Assembly: GCF_050749885.1 (NCBI RefSeq)
Contig: NZ_JBOIUB010000011.1
Span: 22,118-62,117, forward strand
Direction of reading: 5' to 3'
Origin: Zooshikella sp. RANM57
GTDB lineage: Bacteria > Pseudomonadota > Gammaproteobacteria > Pseudomonadales > Zooshikellaceae
DNA length: 40,000 nt
This document shows, in pieces, positions 24,813 through 33,867 of the stretch. The stretch's first letter is position 1. Every line of letters begins with the position of its first letter. The notes under the pieces were generated by a model. It did not search any database. It saw only the letters and a list, made by a program, of their open reading frames with translations, and was not told where the DNA came from. The position numbers and the translations under genes are program-made.

Positions 24813-26597
24813 TTAAAACTGCTTTTCTTCAAGTGAAAATAAATCTTCACTTCCTGCCATAATACATTGCTCAAGCCCGTAAATACGTGGCAGTAGACGG
24901 TTAAAATAGTAACGTGCGGTCTTCAGCTTGGCATCATAAAAAGCGTTATCCTGATCAGACTTTTGAGTGATAACAGCCACCACTTTTAGCCACATATACG
25001 CAAGGGCTACATACCCAAACAGGTGTAAATACTCAACGGAAGCGGCACCAATTTCATTTGGGTTATTTTTTGCCTTATCTATCACCCAAGCCGTTACTTT
25101 TTCAAGTGTAACTATTGCATTTTGCAAAGGCTGCAAAAACTCATGCATGACATCAGTCTGCTGTTGTTCAATGAGATCTCTAATTTCAGCAATAAACTCA
25201 TCAACATACTGACCACCATTAGCAACGACTTTCCGCGCAACAAGATCAAGTGCTTGTATTCCATTTGTGCCTTCATATATTTGTGCTATACGCACATCTC
25301 GAACAAGCTGCTCCTGTCCCCACTCTGAGATATAACCATGACCACCAAGTACTTGCTGACCTAAAACACACGCATCTAATCCCATATCCGTAAAAAATGC
25401 TTTCGCCACAGGCGTCATTAATGCAACAAAATCTTTTGCTTTTTTCTGCTCTGTTTTATCCTGGCTATATTTTGCGGTGTCTAACTGTAAGGCAACATAC
25501 GTCGAAAAGATCCGCGCACCTTCAGTCAAAGCCTTCATGTTAAGCAACATTCGTCGTACATCAGGATGAACTAACAATGGATCAGCATATTTATCTGCAT
25601 ATTTTACACCTTCAGGAGATCGCCCTTGTAATCGATCTTTAGCGTAGTTTGCAGCAATTTGATAGGACGCTTCAGCACAACCAATACCTTGAATACCAAT
25701 TGATAGCCGCTCATAGTTCATCATGGTGAACATGTACATTAAGCCTTTGTTTGCTTCACCCACCAGAAATCCACGAGAGTCATCAAAGTTAAGGACACAA
25801 GTGGCAGAAGCCTTAATGCCCATTTTATGTTCAACAGAACCACAATTAACCTGGTTAAACTCACCTAGCGAACCATCTTCATTCACCCAAATTTTGGGAA
25901 CAATAAACATTGATATGCCTCTTGAACCTTCAGGGGCATCAGGTAGTTTTGCTAACACTAAATGAATGATATTTTCGGTCAGGTCATGCTCGCCACCTGT
26001 AATAAATATTTTGCTCCCTGTAATCGAGTACGTTCCATCCGCATTAGGCTCAGCTTTAGTTCGAATAATACCCAGGTCAGAACCAGCATGTGCCTCAGTT
26101 AGGCACATTGAACCCGCCCACTCACCTGAATACATCTTGGGTAAAAACTGTTGTTTAAGCTTATTATCTGCATGTGAGTCTATGGCTAAACAAGCACCGA
26201 CGGTTAACACCAAATATAAAGCGAGTGAGTTATTTGCCCCATAAAGCATTTCCTCAAAATGGACAGACAACATCTTTGGCATTCCCATTCCACCAAATTC
26301 AGGATTACCAGTAATGCCTAACCACCCTCCTTCAGCAATGGTTTGATATGCTTCTTTAAAACCTTTTGGTGTTACAACCTGACCATCTTGCCAGGCTACA
26401 CCTTGGCTATCACCAGACTGGTTAAGTGGAGCCAGTAATCCACCCGCTATCTTATTGCCTTCTTCCAAAATGGCTTCAGCAATATCACTATCAACCTGCT
26501 CCTTTAACGCAGGCCAAGAATGCCACTTCTCCTGACATTTAAAGACATCATTTAGCAAAAAACGAATATCATTTAAGGGTGCATTATATTCAGCCAT
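24813..26597 (-). CDS. long-form (~600 aa) acyl-CoA dehydrogenase, FadE1/FadE2-like (paralog 1)
   Basis: 594 aa with an ACAD core (CLTEAHAGSDLG, IFITGGEHD, GGHGYISEWG.EQ..RD.RI..IYEGTNGIQ) plus the N- and C-terminal extensions typical of this subfamily. Confidence 0.9.
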   Translation of the reverse strand: MAEYNAPLNDIRFLLNDVFKCQEKWHSWPALKEQVDSDIAEAILEEGNKIAGGLLAPLNQSGDSQGVAWQDGQVVTPKGFKEAYQTIAEGGWLGITGNPEFGGMGMPKMLSVHFEEMLYGANNSLALYLVLTVGACLAIDSHADNKLKQQFLPKMYSGEWAGSMCLTEAHAGSDLGIIRTKAEPNADGTYSITGSKIFITGGEHDLTENIIHLVLAKLPDAPEGSRGISMFIVPKIWVNEDGSLGEFNQVNCGSVEHKMGIKASATCVLNFDDSRGFLVGEANKGLMYMFTMMNYERLSIGIQGIGCAEASYQIAANYAKDRLQGRSPEGVKYADKYADPLLVHPDVRRMLLNMKALTEGARIFSTYVALQLDTAKYSQDKTEQKKAKDFVALMTPVAKAFFTDMGLDACVLGQQVLGGHGYISEWGQEQLVRDVRIAQIYEGTNGIQALDLVARKVVANGGQYVDEFIAEIRDLIEQQQTDVMHEFLQPLQNAIVTLEKVTAWVIDKAKNNPNEIGAASVEYLHLFGYVALAYMWLKVVAVITQKSDQDNAFYDAKLKTARYYFNRLLPRIYGLEQCIMAGSEDLFSLEEKQF

Positions 26598-27016
26598 GAT
26601 GGCACCTCAGCAAAGTTTATAATTGAATATTTTTTATGTAGGCTTCTACGGTTCACCTGAATATGAACCACTATACATTTTATGTAGTGTTTTATTGATG
26701 CTTAACATCAAATAATAATTAGAGAAAAACTCTAATCCCACACAACTAACAATCCTTTAAATACTAATATCTCACTTTATAACTATCATACCTTATAAAC
26801 ATTTTTATTGTATCTGTCACAATATGACTATTAAGTATTATTAATAGCTCGAATACCTTACGAGAAACCATCTACGCCCCCCTGCTATATCGGTAAAAAT
26901 TTGCATGATATTTATCAATATACTTTTAACAATTTTCCAATACAGTATCGTTTACGAAACAGAGTCAATACTCAACAATAATCATACCGTTACGTTATTT
27001 CATGGAGGAATAAAAC

Positions 27017-27463
27017 ATGAGTATGGTTCCGTGGAATCCCTTCAGTGAACTTGAAACTCTTCTGGATCGATATCAACGTCTATCAGGTAAATCGACCCAA
27101 AGTCCCGGTGGCCGAGAAGCAATGAAAGTGAATGATTGGTCACCTGCGGTTGATATTAGTGAAACCGCTGAAGAATACCTTATTAAAGCAGAGTTACCTG
27201 AAATCAAAAAAGAAGACGTTAAAGTCGCTGTCGAAGAAGGTGTATTAACAATTCAAGGTGAGAGAAGATACGAGTCAGAGGATAAAAACCGTAAACATCA
27301 CCGTGTTGAACGTTTTTATGGCAGTTTTGCTCGCAGCTTTCACCTTCCAGAAGATACTGACACAAATGCTATTCGTGCTGAGTTTACTGATGGTATGCTC
27401 AACTTACATTTACCCAAAATGGAAAAACCCACTTCGCGCTCAGTAGAAATTGATATTAACTAA
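27017..27463 (+). CDS. Hsp20/alpha-crystallin small heat-shock protein (IbpA-like)
   Basis: 148 aa with a GGAGGA RBS. The alpha-crystallin domain blocks are WSPAVDISET.EEYLIKAELPE, GVLTIQGER and FARSFHLPEDTD...A.F.DGMLNLHLPK. Confidence 0.92.
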   Translation: MSMVPWNPFSELETLLDRYQRLSGKSTQSPGGREAMKVNDWSPAVDISETAEEYLIKAELPEIKKEDVKVAVEEGVLTIQGERRYESEDKNRKHHRVERFYGSFARSFHLPEDTDTNAIRAEFTDGMLNLHLPKMEKPTSRSVEIDIN

Positions 27464-27474
27464 TCGCTAACCTT

Positions 27475-27519
27475 GTCGGGAGCTTGTCAAGCAAGAGCTC
27501 CCGACATCAATATTTTTTT
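27475..27519 (+). terminator. rho-independent terminator GTCGGGAGC...GCTCCCGAC followed by a T-run
   Basis: A 9-bp GC-rich stem (extendable) begins 12 nt after the hsp20 stop. T7 lies at 27513-27519. Confidence 0.75.
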
Positions 27520-27674
27520 CAAAATCTTAATTCAGAACCACCCGCTTGCTTTATCGTTATCAGATTAACGATTAATTCCGTTCACCATTATTCCCTGACA
27601 TTCTTTGTAAAACCAAGATTTATGAATTATTTTTAACTGTTAATTTACAGAAAAAATAGCAAAAATTAAATCTT

Positions 27675-27917
27675 ATGCATTTATGGCTTCTTATTGTCAT
27701 TCACAGCTTTAATATTCTACTTGAAAGCCAAACTGAGCAGCATGACTTTGTTTGTCAGCGTCTCTATAAAAGCCAAGTAATCAAAAAGCAGCTCGTTTCA
27801 GTTATCTGGCTCATTGCCTCTTTCTTTATTATTAACTGTCCTCTGTTGCCAATGGTCATCATCATTGCTCTAAGTGCGACATTCTTAGGCTTTATGATTT
27901 TGGATGAAACCAAATAA
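27675..27917 (+). CDS. possible small membrane protein (80 aa)
   Basis: The ORF has two hydrophobic segments (LVSVIWLIASFFII, LLPMVIIIALSATFLGFMIL). There is no convincing RBS and no recognised family, so it may be non-coding. Confidence 0.25.
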   Translation: MHLWLLIVIHSFNILLESQTEQHDFVCQRLYKSQVIKKQLVSVIWLIASFFIINCPLLPMVIIIALSATFLGFMILDETK

Positions 27918-27929
27918 AAGGATACCTAT

Positions 27930-27955
27930 AAAAAAAAGCCCGCTTAAAGCGGGCC
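27930..27955 (-). terminator. rho-independent terminator (minus strand: GCCCGC-TTTAA-GCGGGC followed by T8)
   Basis: On the plus strand this reads AAAAAAAAGCCCGCTTAAAGCGGGC. It lies ~80 nt downstream of the ACAD paralog 2 stop on the minus strand. Confidence 0.75.
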
Positions 27956-28034
27956 AGGTAAAGGAGCTGTATGAAAATTACCAAACCAGAAACAATACAC
28001 TTCACTTTGAATTTATAGCCTATAAATCGAAAAT

Positions 28035-29837
28035 TTACTCTACACCAAACTCATCTTCAGCCATTTCCATTAAGTTATCCGCACCTGACAATAAGGCTGC
28101 TTTGTGCATTTGGGTACGAGGCAAAATCCGCTTAAAGTAAAAACGTGCTGTTTTGACTTTGGCGGTGTAATAACTTTCTTCTGTGGTTCCAGCGTTTAAC
28201 TTTTCCAAAGCCACTCTTGCCATATCCGCCCAGAAATAAGCCAAACAGGCGTAACCTGAATACATTAAATAATCAACGGCTGCCGCCCCTACTTCATCCC
28301 GGTTTTGCATCGCCGCCATACCTACTTTCAGAGTGATATCCCCCCACTCCTTATTAAGTTCGGCCAAGGGCTCAACAAATTCCTGTAAAGCTTCTACATC
28401 TGTATTAGCTTGACAGAATTTATGGACAACTTTAGTAAAACGCTTCAAAGCTTCACCTTGAGTCATCAGCACTTTACGTCCAAGCAGGTCCAGCGCCTGA
28501 ATACCGGTTGTTCCTTCATATAACAAGGCAATTCGACAATCACGAACATTTTGTTCCATGCCCCATTCACGGATATAGCCATGACCACCATAAACTTGAA
28601 GACCTAAGTTAGCCGCTTCAAAACCAACTTCTGTCATAAACGCTTTCGCTATAGGGGTGATAAAAGAAAGCAGCTGCTCTGCGTCATTTCGTGCTTCTGT
28701 ATCAGGTGAAAGCTTAGCAATATCAACTAATTTCGCGGCATAATAAGCAAGTGCTCGATTACCTTCCGCAAATGATTTAATCGTCATAATCATACGACGA
28801 ATGTCAGGGTGAACGATGATGGGATCAGCAGGTTTATCAGGTGCTTTAGGACCAGATAAAGAACGCATTTGCAGACGGTCTTTGGCATAAGTTAAAGCAC
28901 CCTGAAATGCTACTTCAGTATGCGCCAAACCTTGTAGACCTGTTCCCAAACGAGCAGTATTCATAAAGGTAAACATGCAGTTTAAACCTTTATTCGCAGG
29001 ACCAATCAGATAACCAGTAGCTTCATCAAAATTCATAACACAGGTTGAGTTTCCATGAATACCCATTTTGTGTTCTAAAGAGCCACATTGCACTGCATTA
29101 CGCTCACCTGGCTCACCTTGTCCATTAGGTAACCACTTAGGCACGATAAACAATGAAATGCCTTTGGTACCGGCAGGTGCATCAGGTAAACGTGCAAGAA
29201 CGATATGAACAATATTATCGGCTAAATCATGCTCACCCGCTGAAATAAATATTTTGGTACCAGAAATACGATAGGAGCCGTCGGCATTAGGATCCGCTTT
29301 ACAACGAAGTAAACCAAGATCTGAACCACAGTGAGGCTCAGTTAGGCACATGGTTCCTGTCCACTCGCCAGAAATCAGCTTAGTCAAATACACTTGCTTT
29401 TGGTCTTCTGTACCATGTGCAGAAAGCGTATTCATTGCTCCATGGCTTAAGCCAGGATACATGCCCCATGACCAATTAGCCTCACCGACCATTTCACTCA
29501 GAACCAGACCCAAGGACTCTGGTAAACCTTGACCACCATACTCTGGCTCATGAGCTAATGAAGGCCAACCACCTTCTACATATTGCTTATAGGCTTCTTT
29601 GAATCCAGAAGGCGTAGTTACGCCATCCGTAGACCACTTACAACCTTCTTCATCTCCAGTAAGATTTAAGGGGGCTAGAACTTGCTCACAAAACTTTGCC
29701 CCTTCTTCTAAGATGGCATTGACCATATCAGGTGTTGCTTCTTCACACCCTGGCATCGTTGCGTAATGCTCTGGATAATTCAACACTTCATCTCTAACGA
29801 AGCGAATATCGCGCAAAGGTGCTTTAAATTCTGGCAT
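28035..29837 (-). CDS. long-form (~600 aa) acyl-CoA dehydrogenase, FadE1/FadE2-like (paralog 2)
   Basis: 600 aa and colinear with paralog 1 (MPEFKAPLRDIRF, CLTEPHCGSDLG, IFISAGEHD, GGHGYIREWG.EQ..RD.RI..LYEGTTGIQ). Confidence 0.9.
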   Translation of the reverse strand: MPEFKAPLRDIRFVRDEVLNYPEHYATMPGCEEATPDMVNAILEEGAKFCEQVLAPLNLTGDEEGCKWSTDGVTTPSGFKEAYKQYVEGGWPSLAHEPEYGGQGLPESLGLVLSEMVGEANWSWGMYPGLSHGAMNTLSAHGTEDQKQVYLTKLISGEWTGTMCLTEPHCGSDLGLLRCKADPNADGSYRISGTKIFISAGEHDLADNIVHIVLARLPDAPAGTKGISLFIVPKWLPNGQGEPGERNAVQCGSLEHKMGIHGNSTCVMNFDEATGYLIGPANKGLNCMFTFMNTARLGTGLQGLAHTEVAFQGALTYAKDRLQMRSLSGPKAPDKPADPIIVHPDIRRMIMTIKSFAEGNRALAYYAAKLVDIAKLSPDTEARNDAEQLLSFITPIAKAFMTEVGFEAANLGLQVYGGHGYIREWGMEQNVRDCRIALLYEGTTGIQALDLLGRKVLMTQGEALKRFTKVVHKFCQANTDVEALQEFVEPLAELNKEWGDITLKVGMAAMQNRDEVGAAAVDYLMYSGYACLAYFWADMARVALEKLNAGTTEESYYTAKVKTARFYFKRILPRTQMHKAALLSGADNLMEMAEDEFGVE

Positions 29838-29980
29838 AGTGCTAACCCCTCACTCTGGTTTACTTCTTGTTTTTATTTGTTTTTACAAATTGATGTGCTG
29901 CTTTGTCTGTCCTGATTATTGCAACAAACTATATGCTCAGGAGGCTTTAACTGGTTGAAAATCGTACATTTAAAATAATA

Positions 29981-29993
29981 AAACAGTTGTTTG
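29981..29993. promoter_or_regulatory. near-palindrome AAACAGTTGTTTG resembling the PsrA-type operator (G/C)AAAC-N2-4-GTTT(G/C)
   Basis: It lies ~145 nt upstream of the ACAD paralog 2 start on the minus strand. In Pseudomonas, PsrA controls fadE-like genes. This is a sequence match only. Confidence 0.25.
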
Positions 29994-30266
29994 AAACATA
30001 CGTTGGCTGGTTTCAGTTGTCAAGTTTAGGCAGCTCATATTTCCTGGTGTACTCATAAACAGTTTAGCTACACTTTCAAACTGTCGTTCGAATGAAATGT
30101 CATAGCGTCAAATTGCTTTAGAAAAAACTTATATAAAATAACTTAGCTTTTTCAAACGAGGATTAGAGAGGGGATAAAAAAGCGTTTTATAAAGAGACTT
30201 AAACAGAATTAGCCATAATCATGTTACAAAACACAAAAATTTTTTATGTACAATAAACAACCTTAA

Positions 30267-31118
30267 TCAGGTAGATAAATCGATTCCCTTATCCACTTGA
30301 CTCTTAATTAAGCCAAGCTCAATAAATTGCTCATAGACGGATAAATTTCGCCGATTTCTTTCCGCAAGCTGTGCCCTATTTGCGTCATCATCACTCTCTT
30401 CTTTTTTATCTTCTTCCTTCTCCTTATTTTCTTCTTTTACTAAAGTGCTTCTCTGCTCTTGGTTTGTTGTGAGCTGCTTTTCCTGGGTTGAAGCAAGCGC
30501 TTGTCTTGCCTGAAGTTCCAACTGTGAGGCTTTGGCCGCTACAATTCTATCCTGCGCTGAAGGTTCAGCAGGGGCTAAAGCGGCTCGGCGGATTTGCTGA
30601 GCTTTAGCAATCGTTGCTTCAGGGCTGCCAGGTACGGGCGAAATATCAATCGATACTTCTCCAGAAACAGCATAAGGCACTCCGTTAGGTCCTCTAATGA
30701 ACTGAAATTGTGCTGCGCCCGCAAACTGGCCTCCTACAGCCTGATGAGCTTGCTCATGCGCTTTAACTTCCTGGTCACGCTGGGCTAACTGTTGAATTTC
30801 TTGCTGTTCCTGCTGCTGCTCTTGTTGAGAAGTATCCTGAGAGTTTGGCTGGTCTTGCTGTTGATCTTGATTAACTCGCAAGTTTCTAGCTTGAAGGGCT
30901 TGATCTCGATCCAGGGATTGTTGCTCTGCTACATTGGGCTGATTTTGGGTCGCAGTTCGGGGAGCAGTAGAATTAAGTTCTTCTACAGGCAAGAAAACAG
31001 AAGTTTGTACTCTTTCCTTTTCGATACTCTCTGCTGTCTTCACGGGTGCAATGACAGGTGGAGTTATGTTGTTTATCGAAAAGCTATTGTTTACCTGCAT
31101 GCTTAAACTCCCTGACAA
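30267..31118 (-). CDS. SprA-related family protein (putative HExxH metalloprotease-like), Gln-rich
   Basis: 283 aa with an AHEQAH (HExxH) motif followed by GGQFAG...Y..GEV.ID..PV.G.PEATI.KA..I..AALAP..PS.QD. This pattern matches the uncharacterised 'SprA-related' family as I recall it. A long poly-Q/E low-complexity segment precedes it. Confidence 0.6.
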   Translation of the reverse strand: MSGSLSMQVNNSFSINNITPPVIAPVKTAESIEKERVQTSVFLPVEELNSTAPRTATQNQPNVAEQQSLDRDQALQARNLRVNQDQQQDQPNSQDTSQQEQQQEQQEIQQLAQRDQEVKAHEQAHQAVGGQFAGAAQFQFIRGPNGVPYAVSGEVSIDISPVPGSPEATIAKAQQIRRAALAPAEPSAQDRIVAAKASQLELQARQALASTQEKQLTTNQEQRSTLVKEENKEKEEDKKEESDDDANRAQLAERNRRNLSVYEQFIELGLIKSQVDKGIDLST

Positions 31119-31137
31119 GTCAGTAATGAGTTAAAGC

Positions 31138-31374
31138 TCAGGCCGTTATATCAAGCAGTGTTCCTAGCATTTCATCCGCTACATTAACCACTTTTGCTGA
31201 AGCTTCAAACAAATGCTGACCTTCTTTAAGCTCAACAATGGATGTTGCTAGATCACCACTACCTTCACTAACAGCCGTTCCTGAAGCAATATCCTGTGCT
31301 GCTTCAGCCACTGTCGACCGTCCTCGGTTCATCCCTGATAGGCCTGTATAAAGTAGTGAATTATTAACCTCCAT
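31138..31374 (-). CDS. small hypothetical protein (78 aa), co-oriented and 19 nt upstream of the SprA-related gene
   Basis: The N-terminus SLLYTGLSGMNRGRSTVAEAAQDIAS faintly resembles the flagellar rod/hook N-terminal consensus (..SGL.....L.....NIAN). No firm family assignment. Confidence 0.45.
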   Translation of the reverse strand: MEVNNSLLYTGLSGMNRGRSTVAEAAQDIASGTAVSEGSGDLATSIVELKEGQHLFEASAKVVNVADEMLGTLLDITA

Positions 31375-31563
31375 CTTACTACCCTTTTATAAGTTCAAAA
31401 AATACCGACTCATAAAACGCTCTATCATTTAGATATAGCTACAACCCTATTAAAACATGACACACTTCACATTCAAAAAACTGATTCTACATAAAAAGCG
31501 ATCAGTCATTACTAATTGAATTAATAACCCTCACCTGCTTTTTTAATGTCTACTGAAACAGAC

Positions 31564-32286
31564 TTAAACAATCCCAGTCAATGACAGGTATTGTGCAGCA
31601 AGCATGGTTAGGGGAGCAGATATTGCTGTTGTAGGATGGGATGACTGTATTGCTTTGGACGCCCCCAAATAAGGAACAACACCCAGACAAGGTGTATTGA
31701 GTATCCTTTTTAAGGTATCTACATTTTCTTGAAAGCGAGACATATCAGGGTCAATAGTATTGGCAACCCAACCAGCCAACCTTAAGCAATCTGACTGAAT
31801 AGCTTCTGCTGTCAGCAAGGCATGATTCAAACAGCCAAGTTTCATCCCTACCACTAGTATGACCGGAATATTCAAGAGCTTAACCACATCTGCCAGCGTT
31901 TCACTGTCATTGAGTGGAACACGCCACCCCCCTGCACCTTCAATAAGCGTAAGATCAGTAGAAGGTTTAATGAGACGCTGGCACATACTGGCAATGTCAT
32001 TTGCAGTGAGGGATATCTTCTCTTCTAATGCGGCAATATGCGGCGCAATCGCGGATTGAAGTGCAATAGGGTTTACCTCAGGGTAGCTACGAGGTTCATT
32101 CATACATTGCTTTAATAGAATGGCATCTTCATTTTGCCAACCCTCTGCTGTCAACTGGCAACCTGCAGCAATCGGTTTGATTGCTGCAGTGGCAAGACCG
32201 TCAAAGCCAGCTCGCTCAAGTAAAGCACAACTAATGAATGTTTTACCTACTTCAGTGTCTGTACCTGCAATAAAAAAAACTGACAT
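31564..32286 (-). CDS. bioD: dethiobiotin synthase
   Basis: The N-terminal P-loop is FFIAGTDTEVGKT and an EGAGG motif is present. It is the last gene of the bio cluster. Confidence 0.9.
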   Translation of the reverse strand: MSVFFIAGTDTEVGKTFISCALLERAGFDGLATAAIKPIAAGCQLTAEGWQNEDAILLKQCMNEPRSYPEVNPIALQSAIAPHIAALEEKISLTANDIASMCQRLIKPSTDLTLIEGAGGWRVPLNDSETLADVVKLLNIPVILVVGMKLGCLNHALLTAEAIQSDCLRLAGWVANTIDPDMSRFQENVDTLKRILNTPCLGVVPYLGASKAIQSSHPTTAISAPLTMLAAQYLSLTGIV

Positions 32287-32304
32287 AACGCCCCAATACT
32301 TCTA

Positions 32305-33093
32305 CTACTTTTTCTTAAGAACACCGTATATAACCTGATAAGTCGCTGGTAAGTTTCCTTCTTCATCACGATACCGTTCATAGGCTTGCCGCAAACGCCT
32401 TAAACGTCTAAATGTTGTCAAACCACTTGAAGGTGCCTCTAGGACTGTATTTGCACCCAGACTTTTCAACTCACGTGTTAGCTGTGACAATTCTTGATAA
32501 TGCATGGTACAAGGCTGGCGTTCGAGCATTAGCTGCTCTAATCCACTCTGATGAATGGCTTTTTCATGAGCAAGAACACCAGGGTAATGATTGACATGGT
32601 TATAACTATCAACTTGTGACCAAGCTTCCCTTAATTCACTCAGCGTACCTGCTCCCAGTGTTGTGAATACAAAATACCCTCCAGGCCTTAACACCCGACT
32701 TATCTCTTTAAATACCACTGCAGGACTACTACACCACTGGATCGCCAGGCTGGAAAAAACCAGGTCTAATGATTGACTTCGAATAGGGAGCTGCTCAGCA
32801 TCACCACTTACCCAGGTTGCACCTAACTTTTGATAACGTTGACGGGCAAACTTCAACATTCCCATCGCAATATCACACGCCAACACATGGCTCGTCTCAT
32901 AAGCACGTGCAAGCTTCGTTGTAAAATAGCCAGTGCCACACCCCAAATCGAGCATTGCTCTTGGCTCCATATGCGTGGGGAGAAACGACATTAATCGATT
33001 CCCAACCAACCGTTGCAACTTAGCAACACTATCATACTGTTGTGCTGCACGACTGAACGAACGGGCGACTTTCTCTTTATCAACAAGAATCAC
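32305..33093 (-). CDS. bioC: malonyl-[ACP] O-methyltransferase
   Basis: The SAM-binding motif is LDLGCGTGYFT. The start is GTG. It sits between bioH and bioD. Confidence 0.85.
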   Translation of the reverse strand: MILVDKEKVARSFSRAAQQYDSVAKLQRLVGNRLMSFLPTHMEPRAMLDLGCGTGYFTTKLARAYETSHVLACDIAMGMLKFARQRYQKLGATWVSGDAEQLPIRSQSLDLVFSSLAIQWCSSPAVVFKEISRVLRPGGYFVFTTLGAGTLSELREAWSQVDSYNHVNHYPGVLAHEKAIHQSGLEQLMLERQPCTMHYQELSQLTRELKSLGANTVLEAPSSGLTTFRRLRRLRQAYERYRDEEGNLPATYQVIYGVLKKK

Positions 33094-33114
33094 TCAAATA
33101 CCACTAAGCTAAAG

Positions 33115-33867
33115 TTAGGATTGTTGGGAATTTAGAAAGGTATGAATCAGGGATGCAACATACTCAGGCTGATCCCAAAATATAAGGTGACAACCATCTA
33201 ATGTTTCAACCTGGTGATGAGGAAACCTATCCTGCACATGACTGCTTACTCGGTGTGGAACCAGTGAATCGCGCTTTGCAAATATGTGCAGCGCTGAACA
33301 GGATACTTTTTGCAGAAAACTTCTGGCATCAGAGTCGCCCAAAAGTCGTAAAGAGCTGATATAAATCTCATGTTTGTCTGGTCTACCTTTTGCTTGAGCT
33401 GATAAGCCACGTAGCAACGCACGTAGTTGATCGCTACCCAGACAATTAAGACGCAGGAAGCGTTGAAAAGTTGCTGAAAAATCGTCTTCAATCCCTTCTA
33501 AAAACATCCCAAAAACCTCAGGGTCCATTCCTGGCCAGTCAGCTCTTGCGACAAAACATGGATTACTCGCCAATGTTATCAGTTGCGAAACCCGCTGTGG
33601 GTATTTGGCGGCTAAACCACTCGCCAACGCACCACCAAACGACCAACCAATTAATGTACAGGGCTGATCAGGCAACAGTAATGCAAGATGACTTTGCAAA
33701 GTTTGCCAGTCCCAAGAGTCAGTAAAATCATTCTCCAAGCCTGACAGGCTATGACAACTAACGGAATAGCCTAAGTGGGTTAAGACTTCAGCCAATGGGT
33801 TTAACACACGTTGAGGCATCCCCCAACCCCCCAGTAGCATAATAGGAGAAGTATTCACTTTACTCAT
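33115..33867 (-). CDS. bioH: pimeloyl-[ACP] methyl ester esterase (alpha/beta hydrolase)
   Basis: The nucleophile elbow is GWSFGG. The 250-aa size fits, and its position in a bioBFHCD arrangement supports the call. Its start overlaps the bioF stop by 4 nt. Confidence 0.8.
   Translation of the reverse strand: MSKVNTSPIMLLGGWGMPQRVLNPLAEVLTHLGYSVSCHSLSGLENDFTDSWDWQTLQSHLALLLPDQPCTLIGWSFGGALASGLAAKYPQRVSQLITLASNPCFVARADWPGMDPEVFGMFLEGIEDDFSATFQRFLRLNCLGSDQLRALLRGLSAQAKGRPDKHEIYISSLRLLGDSDARSFLQKVSCSALHIFAKRDSLVPHRVSSHVQDRFPHHQVETLDGCHLIFWDQPEYVASLIHTFLNSQQS

Noticed and set aside
24791-24816. AAGGGCAGCGTTTAAAACTGCTTTT resembling the left arm of the palindromic repeat family
   Set aside because: It overlaps the stop codon and 3' end of the ACAD gene, lacks a right arm and contains several mismatches. 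It is likely coincidental.
26857-26890. Possible sigma-32 promoter for hsp20 (CTTACG-N14-CCCCCCTG)
   Set aside because: It matches only 3 of 6 positions in the -35 and partially in the -10 relative to CTTGAA/CCCCATNT. That is too weak to call without TSS data.
30792-31106. 104-aa Leu-rich plus-strand ORF
   Set aside because: It is antisense to the Gln-rich (CAG/CAA) repeat region of the SprA-related gene. The poly-Leu is the complement of poly-Gln codons, making it a classic shadow ORF.
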